DNA of 63,959 nt, filler included, from Nemertoderma westbladi (taxonomy: Eukaryota > Animalia > Xenacoelomorpha): NCBI GenBank assembly GCA_032718475.1. It is 3 parts of 3 records of this genome, joined end to end, with 100 filler letters (N's around TTAATTAATTAA, not from the genome) between each part and the next. Parts side by side here need not be neighbours in the genome. Positions count along the whole stretch, not along the records: positions 44,874 to 63,959 come from JAUCBJ010002078.1; 2 more parts are not named here. The stretch is one strand, 5' to 3'. A program made the translations under genes and the position numbers. Shown here piece after piece: positions 58,635 through 63,959 of this stretch (within the stretch, counting starts at the first letter, position 1; each line of letters begins with the position of its first letter). A model generated the notes under the pieces. It saw only the letters and a list, made by a program, of their open reading frames with translations, was not told the origin of the DNA and did no database searches.

Positions 58635-60035
58635 ATGGAATTGGTGTCTAACATACAAGAGATCCGAATTAAACTGTCCGGGTTGATAGTAGAAATTAGT
58701 TGTCAACAAGGAGTTTATCTTTACACCTTCATCCATCAACTGGCTCCTATTACACAAAATATTATAACGGAAAGTGATCCTGTGATTGTTTATTTATCGT
58801 GCAATATATTTGCTATCCTCATTATGGGTGTTGAATTTGACGAAGAAGCCAAATTACTCGTTCTAGACTCGGTTTTGTCTTTCGATTCGCTAAAATCGAA
58901 CATTAATGTCGTTGATGTACTGATTAAGTATTTAAATCTTGCAAAAGAACATATTCGTGCTGTAAAGGTGTCTGTCGTTGATATTGTTGATATGAAACGC
59001 AACAATTTATTGTTTGTTGTAGAGAAACTTGGCGAGTTGCTACCCAGATTAATGGACTGCGACCCACGGTTGTTAATATGGGAACGACTGGCAGCACTTC
59101 AAAAGGAACTTATTAAAACTATTCATAAAAATAACTTACCGAACTTCTTTATTAGTAATATAAACGGCGATAATTATTTTGTAACATTGCAGAATATTTT
59201 CAGCTGTAAATCTATTGGTAAATGCGAGTGTAGGGAGAGTTTCGACTGTCTATACCTTTACACCAAATACAACATGCCATTAGAGGACAATGAGTTAGAA
59301 ACATTATGGCAAGGATTACTCGGTCGATTACCCAAACCATCGCCAAGTAATTCTCTCGCCCAATCAGTTTGTTTTAACATCCTACCGTTACAGCTCCCGC
59401 TATGCGCCGCAATACGGGCCGCAGTGGCGCTACTCACTCGATTTCAGTCAACCGATATCTCCAACAAACTCCAATCACTGAGTCTTTCATATAACTCCTG
59501 TACAGTTCTGGAACATAATCTACCAGCGTTCCATTGGATACCTATGCTAATGGCCGACGACGATGCCTATTTAGTTTACTCCTGTACGACTTTGGTAACT
59601 TTAAACCGGAAATCTCAACTTCCTCACCAAATAAACCCGTTGGCTATTTTTTATCATTTTTTACGGATTCATTGTTTCGATGTATCGAGTATTATTGATT
59701 ATTTGATTAGCGATAATGCTATTGGAGTTGATATATTAAAGTATTTAGTTATAACTCTGAAATTATTAAACTGCTATAATGCGAGGTTAGAGAGTTATAC
59801 CCCTAGCTCAACCGGAGATTGGAGTGTTTGCTGCGACACACCAACTGCTCCAAACTCGACAAGTTCCGTATCAGTTGACTCACATCCTGTAGAACTGCAA
59901 CTGAATTCGTTTAGGATACGGGTTGACTCTTTTTTATTCGATTTACTAAATATATTAAATGAGTTGCAGGCTAATTTTCCCTACAATATTAATGCATTGC
60001 GATCAGCTATTAGACGTCTTATTAATGATACTTAA
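58635..60035 (+). CDS. LINS1: Protein lines homolog (Lines/LINS1)
   Basis: Lines-type motifs LMADDDAYL, NPLAIFYHFLRIHCFDVSSIIDYLIS..LKYLVITLKLL and C-terminal FPYNINAL. Confidence 0.75.
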   Translation: MELVSNIQEIRIKLSGLIVEISCQQGVYLYTFIHQLAPITQNIITESDPVIVYLSCNIFAILIMGVEFDEEAKLLVLDSVLSFDSLKSNINVVDVLIKYLNLAKEHIRAVKVSVVDIVDMKRNNLLFVVEKLGELLPRLMDCDPRLLIWERLAALQKELIKTIHKNNLPNFFISNINGDNYFVTLQNIFSCKSIGKCECRESFDCLYLYTKYNMPLEDNELETLWQGLLGRLPKPSPSNSLAQSVCFNILPLQLPLCAAIRAAVALLTRFQSTDISNKLQSLSLSYNSCTVLEHNLPAFHWIPMLMADDDAYLVYSCTTLVTLNRKSQLPHQINPLAIFYHFLRIHCFDVSSIIDYLISDNAIGVDILKYLVITLKLLNCYNARLESYTPSSTGDWSVCCDTPTAPNSTSSVSVDSHPVELQLNSFRIRVDSFLFDLLNILNELQANFPYNINALRSAIRRLINDT

Positions 60036-61388
60036 TTATATTCAAGATTTAGTTTTTATTCAATTATATATTTTTTTTAAAGTATACTGTTAAAAATATA
60101 CAGTCTGTATGTACATCTGGTGTGGTCTGTCTGTAGACATTTAGTAGAACAAATACTTTGTTGGAAATGTAATATCAAGAATGGCACATGGTATACACGT
60201 TGGCGGGGCCTTCGCGCAACACAAGGCTCAAATATGAGATACAAATTAAAATTGAGCGATTCTACATATTACAAAATCGGTATCTTAGAAATTTAACCAA
60301 AGCGCAATAAATCAAAGAAAGGGGACAGTTCCTTTCAAAGCCCTTTTAATCGTCACCCCAACGCAAAAGGGCACAGAGGGTGAGAGGTTACCAATCCGTG
60401 AGATTGACAGGTATTGACAGAGAATTTGTGTTTTATAACCGGGTCCAATAAAGTAAAATGAGGAGTATACGAGCCGAAGTGTTGATATCATGAGTGTACA
60501 ACGTAATTATTATGTGTGACGAACATACACACGTCAATTAATACCAAACAATGGGTTGTAATAGGCCCCTACACCTACAAGGAAGTGTTATATGGCCTTG
60601 TCTTATACACAGCCCAACATGTGAAAATACAACTAAATGGTGAAGGTTGTGTAATGTAAGAAGCACAGAGGTGGGGGGTATTATGAATTCTATGGTTATT
60701 AATCTTAGATCGAAACTGCCCACACAACGAATTGAATGTGTGAATATGTGTTAATTAAAAATATGATCAATCAAGTTCTTAATTATGTTTAGATCAATAA
60801 AAAAATACATTTCTTAACCCTCTACTGCATGTCTAATCATTATTTATTTGCAACAATTTTTTTCAATGTTTTTCCTGGGCAAATTGATCAAAATATACAA
60901 AAGGTTAAAAAAATAAAATTTTTAAAACAAATATTGTTACTGAATTTTCGTTAATTGTATCAACAATGCTACACCATGGTAATAAGCAAGTCCAAAATTG
61001 TAGCACATATGCTACAGTATTGTATTGTTTCAATACAAAATACATTATGGTGTGTTTTGCAGGATAGAACACCGGCATTATCATCACCAATACTCTGGTT
61101 TTGGGGATTCAAAGATCCATAGATTGACAAGCTACATAAGTATGATATTGACTACATTTAGAAAATCTTCCGGGATTAATGTTGTTAATGTCAATTCGAG
61201 GTCCATTACTACTGTATGTTGACCTGTGCACCTCTTTGAGCCACTCTCCTTGGCCTCAGTCACAAAGCCAAACCTGCTTCCGGTTTCTCTTAGGATTGAA
61301 GATGCACATTGAGATGCTATGCTGTCTTAACAAAACTATTTTTGCCACCATGCAGTCCATAATTATTGGCATATTCCAATGCAGGATG

Positions 61389-61493
61389 CATTAAGAATGC
61401 TATGCCGGTTTATCGTTTATCGACAAAATTGCAACTCCCTATCCACTATGACTTTCGCGAGATTATCCTCATCTTCAAGCCCAGTGTCCTTTA
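61389..61493 (-). mobile_element. Degenerate RTE 3' fragment
   Basis: TTAAGAATGCTATGCCGG..CAACTCCCTATC..CCAGTGTCCTTTA resembles 42980-43085. Confidence 0.6.
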
Positions 61494-62797
61494 CTGAGAA
61501 TCGATTCAAATCCGTTAGAACCTAGATAACCGAAGCTATAGGCACCAAATAATCTGTAGACTGAATAATACCGCTGTAAATAAACCAAATTTAATGGCGT
61601 CTTCGCTTACCCACGAATGCGTGTCCCTATGAACCCTGAGTAATTATTTGATTCTCCAGCATAGGCTATACATACTTACAAACAATCTAAATTAAGGGTT
61701 TAAGGGTTTTCCTTCTTTGCACTGATAGATGGCCTACTACTGTATTATTGTAAACTCAAGCAGCACCAAAGTTTATAAGCTTTTTAAATTATAATATTCA
61801 ATTACACAAACGCATAAACTTTGATGAGTAGTTACAAATTACTGTAAGTATAGGGATAACGTAGAACTACTTGTAAAGTAAAATTGATAATCAATATTTA
61901 GTAGTTAATGTTATAGTAGGCCAATATTGAATAGCAATGTATAATAAGTGTCAAAACTGCAATTATCCTATTGAAGAGACTGCATCTGAGTGTGGAACTC
62001 GGATTCTGGCTTTCAGTTCCAGGCCATGTGAACTGACATCGCACGACTGCAGAACGGGTATTCTAAATTATTAAAGGCCGTTTCTATCGTTTTGGAATAA
62101 GCCCTATAACTGTGAATTATCTATCGTGTAGGTTTCTTCAGTGGGATCACGTTTGCGTCTCACACAGACATTCCTTTGTAAATAGGATCCAAACGTGTAG
62201 GTTTGTGGTGTCACGTTTGTGCTTTTAGATCGAACCGAACCGTGACGGTTGTCCAGTGGGATCACGTTTGGTTTGCCAATTATGTCACATGACCCATGCC
62301 ATCGACTTCAGCCCTCGCCAGCCCATAGGTGCAATTGGATCGAAGCGCAACTGTTTGGCCAACCAGTAGCTCCGACCAATCAGGGACGAGCTACGGCCTA
62401 TCAGTATTCAGAACGTTCCGAACCCGATTTGCATAATGTATGGCTACAAAAGGGGCTGTTTTGTCACTTTCCTCACCTTATTGCTTTACACCTTTGACCC
62501 TCTGCTTGCGGAAGCCCCTGACTTTTACAACAGTAAAAGTTTTATTATATTTTTGGCGGCGTTTTTATATCTGTAAATACCGGTAGTATTTCTGCATTTC
62601 TGTAATATCGCCACTATCTGTACTTAATAATAACATAGTTCCGGCAGTTCTCATCGTTCTCTACTTGTTTTCATCTCAACTTCCATTCCTAGTCCTCTTC
62701 ATTCAACTCTTAACGGGAGGTGTCGAATAGCCCTCTCACTTAGTAGGACCCGACGGACAGGTGCAGTCTCCCTCTCTATCTCTGCTCCGCGCCGTTC

Positions 62798-63558
62798 CAC
62801 AATGGGCCAGGGGTGGCCAAAATACCCTAAAATGAAGTTTGTTTTAGTGGTATGAAACATATCCTACTTTGTAGCACATATTTCGAAACCTAAGAAAAAA
62901 AAATTTTTTCCGACAATAATTTTTTTCTGAGGTGAAAAATTAAAATTTTTCTATTTTTCACACAAAATTTCAGTTTCTATTAAAAATTTCCAAAAAAAGA
63001 TTATTTTTTTTTAATATTTTTTATTGTATTTATTTGTATTTTTTTTTAAATTGGACTACATTGGAAATTTTTTTTTTAATGTTCTCCATGGCGAGCTGAT
63101 TGCAAATATGTTTAGAGGTCCTCAGCGCTGTCTTCATGCTTCAAAAGTTTCATTTAAACATTTTTTTTTCCAAAATATTTCATTTTTCGTAATTATAGGC
63201 CAGACTTTTCGAACTAATCCGACCGCACTGAAAAGCATTATCAGACATTCAAATACAACGTTCGTACATCATAAATATGAACAAAAATGTTGCTGCGATG
63301 TTGATGACATGATGAAGAAAATGTTGAAATCTGCGGCATTCTGCCTGTGTCTATTGTGTTTGCCAAATACGCCAATTTTGGCACGTGCCAGAAATGGTAC
63401 AAAAAGCCACCCTTTGAGAATTTGAGACCCATCTCAGAAGATTCGCCTCTATCGAAAACCCGTATAAGTGAAAAATAGTGTCAAAACTACGAATATTTTT
63501 CGAAATAAGGAATTTTGGCCGAACAGGTTTCTGCTAAACAGGTTTCTGGCCCACTGTG
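62798..63558. mobile_element. Non-autonomous Transib/RAG-like DNA transposon
   Basis: Termini CACAATGGGCCAG / CTGGCCCACTGTG; perfect 5-bp TSD CGTTC at 62793-62797 and 63559-63563; no convincing ORF. Confidence 0.8.
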
Positions 63559-63959
63559 CGTTCCTCACATTACAGCCAATCATAGCCAGCGAATTAAGTA
63601 CACATTTCTTGAATTATTACGCACCTCCTATCTGCGTATAGTTCGAGTTTTAGCGCGCGATAAAATGCGATTATTACATTTTTGATCGAGAAAAAGAGGT
63701 TACGAAATAATAATCACGAATATTACAGAACTATTAACACACTAATTGTAGGTATGCCATATGCTGTACCCTGCAGAATCTAAGTTCGTTTTACCGTATT
63801 TCAGTATTTAATACAGTATTACTATCTCAGTCAGACAGTACAGCAGTAGCCAGGTACCAGGGTACTGAGGCAGTGAGGTAGCAGTACGCAGTATGCCTAC
63901 TGCGATTGCTGAGTTGCAGTTGCAGTACACAACATTCTCGCATTACTGCATTACATTAT

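Overview
AT-rich animal (invertebrate-type) genomic scaffold, dominated by transposable elements, with two assembly gaps (21052-21151 and 44774-44873). Main contents: (1) a complete 4.6-kb IS3EU-type DNA transposon (727-5332) with TACGG..CCGTA termini, a 6-bp AGAATG TSD, a decayed DDE transposase and a convergent HECT ubiquitin-ligase cargo gene; (2) pieces of three related BEL/Pao LTR retrotransposons on the minus strand plus a fourth LTR end at the window start; (3) Copia, RTE and CR1/L2 fragments, tRNA-derived SINEs, a SINE-derived 63-bp satellite and several MITEs, one with RSS-heptamer-like CAC(A/T)GTG-type ends and a 5-bp TSD (Transib/RAG-like); (4) host genes UBL7 and lines/LINS1, a probable 3-exon secreted EF-hand gene and an orphan SGNH-fold ORF. 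Most notable observation: neither BEL 5' LTR is followed by a tRNA primer-binding site. In each, the 11-12 nt immediately after the LTR are exactly complementary to a segment inside its own LTR, and the two elements use different, co-varying sequences. This is the signature of Tf1-like self-primed reverse transcription, accompanied by conserved RNA stems with compensatory changes.
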